Source of the DNA: Desulfatiglandales bacterium
GTDB taxonomy: Bacteria > Desulfobacterota > DSM-4660 > Desulfatiglandales > HGW-15
Assembly (NCBI GenBank): GCA_963667015.2
Contig: CAXXJJ010000004.1
Span: 3,296,001 to 3,360,000, forward strand
Reading direction: 5' to 3'
Length of the DNA: 64,000 nucleotides
Shown: one piece after another, positions 10,519 to 20,959 of the stretch
How the letters are laid out: each line of letters begins with the position of its first letter
Numbering within the stretch: position 1 is the first letter of the stretch
Notes under the pieces: model-generated
What the model was told of the DNA's origin: nothing
Databases searched by the model: none
What the model saw: only the letters and a program-made list of their open reading frames with translations
Position numbers and translations under genes: made by a program

Positions 10519-11316
10519 TCAGCTGTGTCTCCGCGCAACCTTGTCAAACATGGTAACAAGTCCTGTTCCAAGTGAATAGACCGATTCCACTGCTAAATTG
10601 TCACTCGCTGTCCTGTCAAAAAACAGATTGAGGCTTGATTCCAATCCGTCTTCAGGCCTCCAGTAGCAGATAAGTATCGGTACTTTGGGCAGGGGATGAA
10701 GCACAAGGGAGATATCAGATTCATAATGGTTTTGGGTACGTTTGCCGTTGAAAATATGAAGCATATCCTCAAACAGGTCGGTATATGAATCTGCAATCTT
10801 TTTAAGGGGTTTCTCACACTGGTGCACAAAAAAGCTATACCAGTCCTGGGCACTTTCAAGCTCTCTGAATGAAATCCATTCACCGGCCGGATCTTTCCCT
10901 TTTCCATAGATTATATAATTGAGCATTGGAATGGTAATCCATGTATGTATATGAATCTCCGAATAAAAATTCCCCTGTCTGTCGACACTGAAATCCTTTC
11001 CGCATACCTTTAAGGTAAGCCTGTCACCTGAATATTTTGCATCGAGTCTTGCAGCGGCCTCCTCAAAATCAACTTCTTTCAACTTTTTTCTGAGATCTTC
11101 CAGGGGTTCAGTTACATCCTGTGCAGGTACAGTTTTACTTCCTTCAAAAACATACTCATCAATTACTGATTGATCCAGGTGAGTGCACCTATCAAGGCTT
11201 TTCTGTCCCTTGAATACGGAAGCAGCAAAGGCGAGACAAGTGGGTAATCCGCATTCACGACAGTTGGATTTATCAAGAAGCTTAAGAATATCTATTGTAT
11301 TGTTCAGTTGGGGCAT
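10519..11316 (-). CDS. DUF3786-family protein with N-terminal 4Fe-4S (FeS) domain
   Basis: NCRECGLPTCLAFA...RC motif of the AcsC/RnfB-type FeS domain; C-terminal GEWISFREL, LPKVPILICYW and NLFFD resemble DUF3786. Confidence 0.8.
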   Translation of the reverse strand: MPQLNNTIDILKLLDKSNCRECGLPTCLAFAASVFKGQKSLDRCTHLDQSVIDEYVFEGSKTVPAQDVTEPLEDLRKKLKEVDFEEAAARLDAKYSGDRLTLKVCGKDFSVDRQGNFYSEIHIHTWITIPMLNYIIYGKGKDPAGEWISFRELESAQDWYSFFVHQCEKPLKKIADSYTDLFEDMLHIFNGKRTQNHYESDISLVLHPLPKVPILICYWRPEDGLESSLNLFFDRTASDNLAVESVYSLGTGLVTMFDKVARRHS

Positions 11317-11661
11317 GTGATCTATCCTTTTTTCATTTTTCCATATAAACCGCTATAACTGAAATAATCGATACATCCTTTCACATAATTTTAATATGAA
11401 AACATAGTGCATCCTGAAAAAACCTGCAAGTCTATAAATTTCAGTTTTTAAAGATATAGCCGGCGTATGAAAGAAAATTAGAGATTTTTAAACATAAATT
11501 TAGAATAACCGACCAAATTATGACTTTTATGCAATATTCTTGAACAAAATAAATTATTATTGCTATTCAAGGCCTGTTTCGCTTGCTTTGTTTTATCTTT
11601 TACTGATAAAACACCACAATCGTAGTGACTTTATTGCAATACAGCTTTAACAGGAGGAAAA

Positions 11662-12435
11662 ATGGAAAAAAGAATTATTTTTATACTTTTGTGTCTTGTG
11701 TGTTTTGGTATCCAGGGATGTGTATCAGTTTCGACATATAAAATTGTCCCTGAGATTCTGGATGGGCAGAAAAAATTGGACCGTGATGGCATTGATGCCG
11801 TTATATCTCATACAAAAACGGTAAGTGTATTTATTCGCCCCATGTCTGAAAGTTATGCGGCAGAAGATAATCCAGCCATTGTGATCGGTGTATCCGGAGA
11901 CAAGGTACTCAGCCTTTCACCTGAGAATGTCCTGGCCTATGTAGACGGTAAGCCTCATGACATCCTCGACCATGATCAATTGCTGGCTGATATTAAATAC
12001 AGGCATGACGCAGCAGTTGATTCATTAAAGACTCAATATAATACGCGTTCCAAGCAACTTGCAGACACAAGTCTGAAAGATACAAGTGACCCGGCGGTTT
12101 TTGAACCAAATGAGAGCCAGAGAAATACCATTGGCAGCACTGAAAAGTATGGGTATAAACTCGATAAGAAAGGTATGAGCCAGGGGTTGGCTGATGCGGA
12201 AAAGCAAATGCAGGCAGGTATAGAGGCTCTTGAACGAAAGACAACAGAAGAGATAAAGCTCCTCAATTCAACCTTTTTGTTGAGGGATACAACAGTTGAA
12301 CCCAGTACATGGTATAGAGGTCAGATAAAACTTGCAAAAATTCCGGATGCAGGTAAACCTCATACGATAAAACTTGTGATCACATTGGCGGGAGAAGAGC
12401 ATCAATTCTCGGTCAAAGCCTCCGCTGAAAACTAA
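11662..12435 (+). CDS. Hypothetical lipoprotein
   Basis: Strong RBS (AGGAGG); signal peptide ending in lipobox IQGC; 257 aa; followed by a terminator. Confidence 0.75.
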   Translation: MEKRIIFILLCLVCFGIQGCVSVSTYKIVPEILDGQKKLDRDGIDAVISHTKTVSVFIRPMSESYAAEDNPAIVIGVSGDKVLSLSPENVLAYVDGKPHDILDHDQLLADIKYRHDAAVDSLKTQYNTRSKQLADTSLKDTSDPAVFEPNESQRNTIGSTEKYGYKLDKKGMSQGLADAEKQMQAGIEALERKTTEEIKLLNSTFLLRDTTVEPSTWYRGQIKLAKIPDAGKPHTIKLVITLAGEEHQFSVKASAEN

Positions 12436-12489
12436 ACTATTCCGCCACAAGCGGAAGGTTAGCAAACCTTGTTCTTAGCAAATAACTAT

Positions 12490-12534
12490 AAAAAATCCGC
12501 CTCGATGTTAAGGTCAGTGAGGCGGATTTTTTTT
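12490..12534. terminator. Bidirectional intrinsic terminator
   Basis: AAAAAATCCGCCTC-15 nt-GAGGCGGATTTTTTTT between convergent genes. Confidence 0.85.
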
Positions 12535-12546
12535 GCCATTTTGAAC

Positions 12547-14520
12547 TTATAACTCAAGGGCGATATAATGAGCCGAAGATGTGGCTGTCCACAGATTGCC
12601 TCGTGGCGCTGCACAGTCGCCAGTTAAATAGACTTCCTCGGCAGTATCATCAAATAATGCAGCATCTTCCCTGTTCGGATACATACCAAGTGCATGGATG
12701 AGATTGTTACATTCCATCCATTCCTCTTTTCCTTCCGGATCTGCAACCTTAATACTGTCTTCCTTCACTTCCAGAAGTCTGGTTTCTGCCAGGTACCTGA
12801 CATGGTATTTACGCATAAGCATTGACAGGGCTACCATATTTACAACAGGGGCAGACATTATAACCCTGTCAAATGGCATCATCTCAACGATGGTGACACT
12901 TTTACCTTCTTTGCTCAGAGAGAGGGCTGTCTCGAGCCCGGTCAGTCCTCCGCCGGCTATTATCACCCTTTCTCCGACTTTCACCCTGCCTGATTCAACA
13001 TCCCCTGCCCACACCGAGTTTCTGCCGTCAATCCCGGGTATCGGAGGTATCAATAGGCTGGCCCCTAGGGATACGATTACAGCATCCGGATTTTGTGCCT
13101 TAATAAGATCAGGGGCCGCCGGGGTTCCGAGCTTCAGGATAATATCGGGATTTTTTTCCGTCTGCAGGACTGCCCAGTTCAGATAGGCCCTTAAATCGAT
13201 TTTAAGTTTTCCTGCAGAGGCCACATTAAGCATTCCGCCCAGTTTATCGGATTTTTCATAGAGTGTTACCCTGTGACCTCTTTCAGCCGCAGTCCTGGCT
13301 GCCTGCATGCCGCTAGGCCCGCCGCCTATAACCGCAACATTTTTGGACCTGCGGGGGTATGGTATCCTGAGGACATCAGCTTCTCTTCCAGCCTCGGGAT
13401 TAACTGCACACCTGACCGGAAGAAAATAGTAATGGGGCTGATTGATACATGTGTTGCACCTCACGCAGGGGCGTATATCTTCGTATCTGCCGTTCCGGGC
13501 CTTATTCACAAGCTGCGGATCGGCAATGGTAGAACGCAGCATCGTAACCACGTCCGCCCTGCCTTCATCCACAATCTTTTCTGCCAGTTCCATATTTATT
13601 CCGCCGACAGTACCGACCGGGATTGAAAGGGCATCCTTAAAATGCTTTGCATAGTGTACATTCATGCCGCGCTCATAATAGGCCGGAGGAAAAATAAAGG
13701 TGGCCATCTCATCGTTTTCCATTAACCCGGCTGATATATAGAGTATATCGATCCTGCTTTCGATATGTTTTGCAAAGGCTATCTGGTCTTCAAGTGTAAG
13801 ACCGTCTTTACTCTTTTCCTCGGCACTTAACCGGTATTCAATAGCCATATCCGGACCAACAGCGTCCCTGATGCCATCCAGAATTTCATCAACAATCCTG
13901 CACCTGTTTTCAAATGAGCCGCCATACTCGTCAGTGCGCCTGTTACGGACACCGGACAGAAAATCACTAATGAACATACCATGAGCCCCGTGAATGAGGA
14001 CCATGTCAAAACCGGCCCTTTTGCACCTGACAGCCGCATCCACATAGTAACCCACTATCCTTTTAATCTGCTCAACAGAAAGGTCTGCCGGCATCTTGTT
14101 TGCAAGCTTATCGTTAATGCCTGTTGAGTCCTGGGTGCGGATCTTTGATAGACTTTCCTCATTCATATCCGCTTCTGATTTATCGATCTCACCGAAATCC
14201 ATATAAACAAGCTCTATGGTGGATTTTGCCCCGAGCTGCCGGATCATCTCTGTCATTCTGTACATGCCGTTTATGGCCTTGTCAGTGGTCAAATCAATGA
14301 CAAACCCTGACATTTCCGGAGGGGTCGGGTTGACCATGCTCTGGCCCACACCCACAACACCAATGCCCCCTTTTGCTCTTGCCTTTGCCCATTCAAGGCC
14401 TTCCTGGGTCATAACCCCGGTATCACTGCAAAGCAGGTTGGCGCCCGGCGCCATGATCACGCGGTTTTTTATTTCGATATTTCTGATTTTAAAGGGCTGG
14501 TACAGCAGACTTTTTTTCAT
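12547..14520 (-). CDS. NADH:flavin oxidoreductase, old yellow enzyme family with 4Fe-4S and FAD/NAD domains (2,4-dienoyl-CoA/enoate reductase-like)
   Basis: IKNRVIMAP, RAKGG, AGFDMVLIHGAHG, NRRTDEYGGSFENR, CVRCNTC...CAVNP, VAVIGGGPSG, IAGGGLTGLE. Confidence 0.92.
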   Translation of the reverse strand: MKKSLLYQPFKIRNIEIKNRVIMAPGANLLCSDTGVMTQEGLEWAKARAKGGIGVVGVGQSMVNPTPPEMSGFVIDLTTDKAINGMYRMTEMIRQLGAKSTIELVYMDFGEIDKSEADMNEESLSKIRTQDSTGINDKLANKMPADLSVEQIKRIVGYYVDAAVRCKRAGFDMVLIHGAHGMFISDFLSGVRNRRTDEYGGSFENRCRIVDEILDGIRDAVGPDMAIEYRLSAEEKSKDGLTLEDQIAFAKHIESRIDILYISAGLMENDEMATFIFPPAYYERGMNVHYAKHFKDALSIPVGTVGGINMELAEKIVDEGRADVVTMLRSTIADPQLVNKARNGRYEDIRPCVRCNTCINQPHYYFLPVRCAVNPEAGREADVLRIPYPRRSKNVAVIGGGPSGMQAARTAAERGHRVTLYEKSDKLGGMLNVASAGKLKIDLRAYLNWAVLQTEKNPDIILKLGTPAAPDLIKAQNPDAVIVSLGASLLIPPIPGIDGRNSVWAGDVESGRVKVGERVIIAGGGLTGLETALSLSKEGKSVTIVEMMPFDRVIMSAPVVNMVALSMLMRKYHVRYLAETRLLEVKEDSIKVADPEGKEEWMECNNLIHALGMYPNREDAALFDDTAEEVYLTGDCAAPRGNLWTATSSAHYIALEL

Positions 14521-14681
14521 TTCAAGTCCTCTTTCAGGCTAATAATTAATTTGTAATACCCTGTTTTCAGAAAGGTTTTAAAATAATAATACGTGTATCT
14601 ATTATTTATGTTTGAAAATGTCACAGCTGATGTTATGTGTCAAGGGCATTTCAAAAGAGACAGGGATATAACATCTTGATT

Positions 14682-15413
14682 ATGAAAAAGACAAAAAACA
14701 CGGTAATGGAATATGTGATCAATAGTATGGACAGGGAAATAGCCTGCACACTTTTTCGCAGGGACTGTAAAAGATTACGGATATCCATAACCCGGGATTT
14801 AAAGGTAAATATTATCGCGCCTCTTCGGGTATCCGACGCCTTTATCCATGAGGCTGTAAGAGAAAAAACTCCCTGGATTTTGAAGTCAATTCAAAGATTT
14901 AAACAATGCAGGGTACTGCCTTTACCTGAAAAATATGAGACTGGTGATAAACTAGCCTATCTTGGCAATGAGTACAGGCTCGAGGTTATTAAGGGTAAAA
15001 GGGCACCTGCTGCGCTTTCTGGAGAATCCCTGGTTGCACAGCTTCCAGACCCTGATACAAAAGGCGTAAAACGGGCAGTTGATAAATGGTTCCTTATCCA
15101 GGCCGAAATGATATTCAGCCGCTGTTTAACAGCCGGTTATTCTATAGTATCTCAGTATGTTGCAGCAGAGCCTTTTTTAAAGATCCGAAGAATGAAAAGC
15201 AGGTGGGGGAGCTGCAGCAGAGCGGGAAAAATCACACTCAACCTCAGGCTTATCCATTTACCCGAGATCTGCATCGAATATATTGTTATGCATGAACTGT
15301 GTCACCTTAAGAACCTCAACCATTCAAAGGCTTTTTATTCTTTTTTAGATACCTGCATGCCCGACTGGAAGGATAGGAAGGCAATTTTAGAGAGTTACAG
15401 ACTGAGCGACTGA
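14682..15413 (+). CDS. YgjP/DUF45-like zinc metallohydrolase (M48-like)
   Basis: RMKSRWGSC, YIVMHELCH (HExxH), NHSKAF, MPDW. Start uncertain: 14637 GTG, 14682 ATG or 14706 ATG. Confidence 0.88.
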   Translation: MKKTKNTVMEYVINSMDREIACTLFRRDCKRLRISITRDLKVNIIAPLRVSDAFIHEAVREKTPWILKSIQRFKQCRVLPLPEKYETGDKLAYLGNEYRLEVIKGKRAPAALSGESLVAQLPDPDTKGVKRAVDKWFLIQAEMIFSRCLTAGYSIVSQYVAAEPFLKIRRMKSRWGSCSRAGKITLNLRLIHLPEICIEYIVMHELCHLKNLNHSKAFYSFLDTCMPDWKDRKAILESYRLSD

Positions 15414-15439
15414 TATTACATGTGGATGAAAAATATGAT

Positions 15440-15472
15440 AAAAAAAGCCCTGCAAAAATACAGGGCTTTTTT
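15440..15472. terminator. Bidirectional intrinsic terminator
   Basis: AAAAAAAGCCCTG-caaaaata-CAGGGCTTTTTT between convergent genes. Confidence 0.88.
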
Positions 15473-15488
15473 AAGTTAACAGAATATC

Positions 15489-17105
15489 TTATTTTTTAAG
15501 CTCTTCTGCAACGATATCCATATCCTTGAGATTGTCTTTCATTATGGATGCCATATTCATGGCTGCCAGTTTTTCATAAATATCATCAATGGCAGTTGCA
15601 CATCCCTGGCAAATCTTGACTCCATTGATGTAAACTTTTTCTACAGCTTCTCTTACAAAAAGTCTTGCCGCAGCCTTTATGTATTCAGGAGATTTATCCT
15701 TTCCGGAATAATTTGCTGCCTTTATGCACATGGCTTTTGCAACCTCTGTCCATGTCATCATGTCGGCAAGCAGGGACATAATATACTGTGATTTTGTAAG
15801 TTTGCTCTTTCTTGCTCCGAGTATTATATCATTCATGAGGTTTATAGCATTTGCAAGTACCGGCCCGCAGGTATCTTCAGGAAGACTGGAAAGACCGTCT
15901 GCCATGTTTTTATAGAATTCACCTTTAGAGCGTACTGTTGCCTGAAGGCGGAACATTGCAATAAGCCGCCTCTGGATCTCGCTGGTACCCTCGTAGATAC
16001 AGCAGATCTTAATATCCCTTTTGATTTTTTCTACTTCATATTCCTTTATATATCCATAGCCGCCAAGTCCCTGAATGGCGTCATTAGCCATTGCATCACC
16101 GGCCTCGGTTGCGAAATATTTGGCAATAGATCCCTCAACCTGGAGGTCTTTTTCATCTGTATCTAGTCTCCTGGCCACTTCTTCAATATAAGCCCTGGCT
16201 GCCTCAAGATTTACAGCATTCGGAACAATCAGCTTGTGGGTATACCCCTGTATATCGATTAAAAGACTTCCGAACTGAATTCTCTCTTTGGCATATGCTA
16301 TGGTCTTTTCAAGGGCTGCCATACCGCCGCCCAGACCGAATGTAGCAACCATAAGCCTTGTATAACCAAAGACCTCGTTTGACTGCTTAAGTCCCAGGCC
16401 TTCTGCTTCGCCAATCAGATTTTCTTTTGGGATATAAAGATCTTCAAGTGTCAGGGGGCTGGTGTCAGATGCACGGATACCATGCTTGTCTTCATGTTTT
16501 CCGGGTATCAGGCCTTCATCTCCTGCTTCAGCAATAAAAAAAGTCGGGCCGTCAGGTGCTTCGGCAAGGATGGTGTATATCTGGGCAACGCCGCCATTTG
16601 TAATAAACTGCTTCTGACCGTTGAGCTTGTACCCCTTAATCTCGCCGTTTTCATCAAGAACCCTTTCGGCCTTTGTCTTAAGGGCCTGTACGTTACTGCC
16701 TGCTTCGGGTTCGGTTACGCCATATGCGACGATTAGTCCCTCTTCGGCAATACGCCCAATATATTTTTGTTTCTGTTCCTCGGATGAGCCAACCCTGATG
16801 GGGTCCATGCCAAGGCAGATTGCCAGAAAAGATGTAGCTATAGCAAGGTCCATTTTGGCCAGTCTTTCGGAAACAATGGCTATGTCCGATGACCCTGCTC
16901 CCAGTCCGCCGTATTCAGCAGGTATAAATATAAGATGCAATGCCACTTCGGGGCCCAGCATAAAGTTTATCAACTCTGTGGGAAAATCGCCTACCCTGTC
17001 CAGTTCCAGCCTGGTTTCAAGGGTTATCTTTTCCTTTTCGAGTTTATTTATGGTGTCGAGCACCATTGAAAGCATTTCCGGATCCATCCTGGTTTGATCG
17101 GACAT
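15489..17105 (-). CDS. Acyl-CoA dehydrogenase with C-terminal extension
   Basis: IPAEYGGLG, AYGVTEPEAGS, LNGQKQFITNG, KHGIRASDT, RIQFG, LGGYGY, IYEGTSEIQ (catalytic Glu). Confidence 0.93.
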   Translation of the reverse strand: MSDQTRMDPEMLSMVLDTINKLEKEKITLETRLELDRVGDFPTELINFMLGPEVALHLIFIPAEYGGLGAGSSDIAIVSERLAKMDLAIATSFLAICLGMDPIRVGSSEEQKQKYIGRIAEEGLIVAYGVTEPEAGSNVQALKTKAERVLDENGEIKGYKLNGQKQFITNGGVAQIYTILAEAPDGPTFFIAEAGDEGLIPGKHEDKHGIRASDTSPLTLEDLYIPKENLIGEAEGLGLKQSNEVFGYTRLMVATFGLGGGMAALEKTIAYAKERIQFGSLLIDIQGYTHKLIVPNAVNLEAARAYIEEVARRLDTDEKDLQVEGSIAKYFATEAGDAMANDAIQGLGGYGYIKEYEVEKIKRDIKICCIYEGTSEIQRRLIAMFRLQATVRSKGEFYKNMADGLSSLPEDTCGPVLANAINLMNDIILGARKSKLTKSQYIMSLLADMMTWTEVAKAMCIKAANYSGKDKSPEYIKAAARLFVREAVEKVYINGVKICQGCATAIDDIYEKLAAMNMASIMKDNLKDMDIVAEELKK

Positions 17106-17174
17106 TAAAAACCTCCTTGTTAAATAAAATTCCCGGAGTGATTATCAGACCGCTCCGGGGATAAATTTTTGTGC

Positions 17175-17204
17175 AGATTAGCAAATAAATAATGCAGGTG
17201 TCAA
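17175..17204 (-). promoter_or_regulatory. Putative sigma-70 promoter for the acyl-CoA dehydrogenase gene
   Basis: Minus strand TTGACA (17204-17199), 18-nt spacer ending TGc, TAATCT (17180-17175). Confidence 0.55.
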
Positions 17205-17253
17205 TCTTTTGAAAAGATATTGAAAATCCATAATTACTAAAAGGCGGGGATAA

Positions 17254-17661
17254 TTAGCGCAGACCTTTTTCAACAAAAAAGTCGGAATATTCCATATCTG
17301 TCTTTTTTATATGATTTATAAGCCAGTCCTTTAAAAAGTCCATAATTTCCATGGAAAGCATCATCTTTCCGCTGTCAAAATCGCTCTTGAATGCGGCAAC
17401 TTTGTTTACAAAATCCTTGTGCTCCTTTCTATGCAGCGTTGCCTTTAAATAACCGAACTCGTCAAAATATTTCTCCTCTGTCCGAAAATGTTCCACTGCA
17501 TAGGCTACAAGTTCTTCAATTATTTTTCCAAGTACCTCATTTGCCTTTCTTTCTTTCATTGCTCCATGAAGAGAATTAATAAGATCTACAAGTTTCTTAT
17601 GCTGTTCATCGATTTGAGTAACCTTTACGCTCAGGTCATTTGTCCAAGAAATAAGAGGCAT
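17254..17661 (-). CDS. Bacteriohemerythrin (single domain)
   Basis: IDEQH, HFRTEE, HRKEH and WLINHIKKTD supply all the di-iron ligands. Confidence 0.95.
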   Translation of the reverse strand: MPLISWTNDLSVKVTQIDEQHKKLVDLINSLHGAMKERKANEVLGKIIEELVAYAVEHFRTEEKYFDEFGYLKATLHRKEHKDFVNKVAAFKSDFDSGKMMLSMEIMDFLKDWLINHIKKTDMEYSDFFVEKGLR

Positions 17662-17787
17662 GATTTTCTCCTTAATAAAGTATCGTATTGTTATTTATCT
17701 GAAATTTTTTAAAATACAACATCTATGCTAATCGCCAGCTACCTGAAAAAACTTGAGAAATTTTTAAACAATGATCTTTTTAATAAT

Positions 17788-18189
17788 TTATTCAAATATG
17801 CTTTTAAATTCTTCCGGGATGTGAGGCCTCCCATTTGGATTTATAGCCACACCAATGACCTTACCAATTATCACAGGCCTTTTATCGGGAACCAGGTAAA
17901 TATTCTGGAAAAAGGCGAATTTGATTCTTGATTCTTTTTTCAGATCAACCGTTACAATAAACCTGTCTCCGCTGGATAATGAATATTTGTAGTCCAACTC
18001 TATCCTGACAACCACCAGATTAATTTTTTTATCTGTATATGATTTAAAATCAATCCCGATGGACTTTAAATATTCATGCCGGGCATGCTCAAGATAATTC
18101 TGGTAAACAGAGTTATTTACAACCCCCTGGATGTCGCATTCATAGTCTCTAACTGACATTTCTATTGAAAAATCATGTTGTTCCAACAA
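17788..18189 (-). CDS. Acyl-CoA thioesterase (4HBT/YbgC hotdog family)
   Basis: VRDYECDIQGVVNNSVYQNYLEHAR motif. Confidence 0.92.
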   Translation of the reverse strand: MLEQHDFSIEMSVRDYECDIQGVVNNSVYQNYLEHARHEYLKSIGIDFKSYTDKKINLVVVRIELDYKYSLSSGDRFIVTVDLKKESRIKFAFFQNIYLVPDKRPVIIGKVIGVAINPNGRPHIPEEFKSIFE

Positions 18190-18226
18190 TAAATCCCTCC
18201 AATCATTAGACCTTTGTCTCTTTTTG

Positions 18227-18550
18227 TTAATGATTATTTTCCAATTGTAAAATTAAATCATCAGATTTATCAAATGAGTTTTTCATACAGGTTGAACATC
18301 CCTTTTCTAAAAAGTGTTTCACCCTTTCGGAGATATACCAGAACCTTGCATGAGGGACCCACCCTTCAGGCAGACCAGTCCCCTTTGATTGCTCTTCTGA
18401 ATTTATCAGGTAGGTTTCCGGGTCTGTTTTCAGCTGGTCGAAATCACCCAGATGAATTTTATCCGCCTCTGTACTCGAAGCAAATCTGATGAATTCCGCC
18501 TTTAGAGAAAAAAGCTCTTTTGATGATTTACGAAGTGAAAATTTATTCAT
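18227..18550 (-). pseudogene. Probable truncated GNAT acetyltransferase (N-terminal fragment)
   Basis: SKGTGLPEGWVPHARFWYI resembles the N-terminal LPEGxVP..(F/Y)W motif of a GNAT subfamily; the acetyl-CoA-binding half (GHIGY..RxxGxG) is absent. Confidence 0.5.
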
Positions 18551-18553
18551 TGC

Positions 18554-19147
18554 TCAAAACTTTTCCTTCTTTTTATTTTCTCCTTTTTTTGTCGTATCAC
18601 CAAAACGATTCCTTAATGCCAATACAAATGCATTATTTGTTTTTACAGAAAACATCTCCAGGGGTGATATACCCCGCTTCCATGCAATATAGAACATTAT
18701 GAGACCGGTAATAAAGGTGACTGCAAAATTTGGCCATGCATTAAGTCCCCACTGCCCTGACCAGGCTAACTGCCATGCGTTCGAAAAAGGCAGAAGATAG
18801 GGGATAGGCCACTGGTATCCATCCGGGCCCATTGAGCCTGCCATGTCTCCGAGAAGATGAATATGGAAACTGAAAAACACAAGTAATGCAGTTACAGCCC
18901 TGCGTCTGGAGAAACAGAATGCTGAAAGACACAAAAGAATGCCAAATAAGATATTATGCCCCAGAACATGATGGTATTTCACATATAATGAAGGATACTT
19001 ATCGGAAGTAACAAAATCCCATATTATCCCGGCGCCGTCAAGATCCGGAATAACACCGGTAATTGTAACAAAGGCACGTTCACGACGGTTAATGTTGCAG
19101 GTGTTTGCTATAGACCAGCCAATAAGTAAATGGGTCACGGGATTCAT
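18554..19147 (-). CDS. Membrane-bound metal-dependent hydrolase (YdjM-like)
   Basis: MNPVTH, PDLD, HHVLGH, HIHLLGD motifs and hydrophobic helices. Confidence 0.85.
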   Translation of the reverse strand: MNPVTHLLIGWSIANTCNINRRERAFVTITGVIPDLDGAGIIWDFVTSDKYPSLYVKYHHVLGHNILFGILLCLSAFCFSRRRAVTALLVFFSFHIHLLGDMAGSMGPDGYQWPIPYLLPFSNAWQLAWSGQWGLNAWPNFAVTFITGLIMFYIAWKRGISPLEMFSVKTNNAFVLALRNRFGDTTKKGENKKKEKF

Positions 19148-19576
19148 TTATACTTTTCTATGAAGCAGATTGTATAAAGTTTGAAAATCAGGCATTTCAT
19201 CATATTGTCTGCCGTCATTCAAAACCTTTTCCCAGTCAGCTTTCGATCCGGTATAAATATGCACAACTATGCGGGAATCGATATCTCCCGGCAGTGCTCC
19301 TGCAGGTATCCAGACCTTATCGGTATCTCTTAATGGATTGGGCACAGGGCTTCCGCAGACAGAGCAAAAATGAGATGTAAAACCATCTTCCATTTTATAC
19401 CTGGTGATCCTGTCTTCTCCGGACAGCCAGGTAAAATCATTTTTATGGACGAGTGTTGCGGCATTGGACGCTGCTCCGCTCTGTTTCCTGCATAATGAAC
19501 AGTGGCATTGATAAAGGTTGAGCAAATCACCTGCAATCTTAAATTGTACTGCATCACAAAGACATTTTCCAATCAT
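19148..19576 (-). CDS. GFA family (glutathione-dependent formaldehyde-activating/CENP-V-like) zinc protein
   Basis: GKCLCDAV, CHCSLCRK, FCSVCGSP, HIYTGSKADW. Confidence 0.92.
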   Translation of the reverse strand: MIGKCLCDAVQFKIAGDLLNLYQCHCSLCRKQSGAASNAATLVHKNDFTWLSGEDRITRYKMEDGFTSHFCSVCGSPVPNPLRDTDKVWIPAGALPGDIDSRIVVHIYTGSKADWEKVLNDGRQYDEMPDFQTLYNLLHRKV

Positions 19577-20460
19577 TGTGTGTCTCCCGGGTGTTTCAGG
19601 ATATAAGGAATACTGGTGCCAAACAGCACACTGGCCATTCGAGCAAGGAGCCAGAATACCCCCAGCGGAAGAAGAATAACCTGAACAACAAAGATAGCCA
19701 CATATAAATACGACAATTTCATGAGATTCGAAATCATGTTACCCATGTTTTCAATCATCGATTTAAGTGCTGCGCCAAGATCAGAGGTCTTCTGGCCAAC
19801 AAAGCTGAAACCGCTTTTAACGGTTTCAACAACACCGTCAGCCTCCGGCATGGTCATATCCTTGAGCCGCTCCAGTTCCGGCGATGTCATGGCAAGTGCA
19901 TTCTTGGCCATGATGATCTGTGGAGAAAAATAGTTGTCATGCAGGTATGCATTTATTACCGATGAGGCGGGCAGGCACAGACGCGCAACTGCAAGAAGGA
20001 TAATTGTTTTCAGCACGATTCCCCTGAGCCCCTTTGCCCTGTAGCCCTTTATCAGGGAGACTCCAATAAAGATCAATAATGCAGCACCTATTACCGGAGG
20101 GGCAAAGGCTACGCACAATTCATAGGCGATCTTCTGGATGCCAAGTGAGACTATGGCAGTAACAAGGATATTGGATGCGCGTTCCGTCATATCGTCCAGC
20201 GGATCGAGCACCTGCCCTGCCGCCAGGGATACCCCCAGCCCGGCAGGCTCTACCTGAACCTGTGATTCCTTTATCACAGAAACAGAGGCATTAACCACCC
20301 TGCAAACCCCGTATGCAAGGCTGGCCTTTGTCATTGACTCTGCAAAATATGTGTCCGTATTTTCATCAACATAGGGCAGTTTAAGCCCTGGCAGCATAAA
20401 TAAGGCAACTGCCATGGCTAAAAGCAGGATGTTCTTTATATAAATCGGATTTATTTTCAT
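19573..20460 (-). CDS. Hypothetical multi-pass membrane protein
   Basis: 295 aa with several hydrophobic segments; NASVSVIKES...GQVLDPLDDMTE looks like a conserved motif; stop overlaps the next start (ATGA). Confidence 0.75.
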   Translation of the reverse strand: MKINPIYIKNILLLAMAVALFMLPGLKLPYVDENTDTYFAESMTKASLAYGVCRVVNASVSVIKESQVQVEPAGLGVSLAAGQVLDPLDDMTERASNILVTAIVSLGIQKIAYELCVAFAPPVIGAALLIFIGVSLIKGYRAKGLRGIVLKTIILLAVARLCLPASSVINAYLHDNYFSPQIIMAKNALAMTSPELERLKDMTMPEADGVVETVKSGFSFVGQKTSDLGAALKSMIENMGNMISNLMKLSYLYVAIFVVQVILLPLGVFWLLARMASVLFGTSIPYILKHPGDTQ

Positions 20461-20503
20461 TTCTTCATCCCTGCCGTTTAATTTTTATATACCTGATGAG
20501 TTT

Positions 20504-20911
20504 TTACTTTTCTTTATGTGATGGCTCCAGAATCATCTGGCATCTGGGACATTTGCCAGGAGCCGGCATATCTAAGGTCTTCGGCACTCCTCTCATATTG
20601 CACCTGGGGCATCTTTTTATTAATTCCCGTTTAAACATCAAATAGAGTATAGCCGTGAGCATCAGGATTGCATACATAATAATTGAAAATACTGCTACAG
20701 GGTATTGATCTAAAAAATAAGTCATTACGATTAAGATCAGTGTAGGATAAAGCATGAACAGCATTTTGAGCTCAGAACTCCTGAGATAGCTGTATATTTC
20801 CTTCAGCTTTTTCTTCTCATTTTCATTTGGAATTCTTGGGTCCGGCTTATTAGCTTCTTTCTGGAGCAGTAAATTGCCAAATGTCTCTTCCTCACTCATT
20901 TCGCATCCCAT
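20504..20911 (-). CDS. Hypothetical membrane protein with C-terminal zinc ribbon
   Basis: Two TM helices followed by CPRC...CPRC. Confidence 0.6.
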   Translation of the reverse strand: MGCEMSEEETFGNLLLQKEANKPDPRIPNENEKKKLKEIYSYLRSSELKMLFMLYPTLILIVMTYFLDQYPVAVFSIIMYAILMLTAILYLMFKRELIKRCPRCNMRGVPKTLDMPAPGKCPRCQMILEPSHKEK

Positions 20912-20959
20912 CTCTGTTAAATCTGGTGTTACAAAGTTTTAAAAACGTTAGTTCCACAA

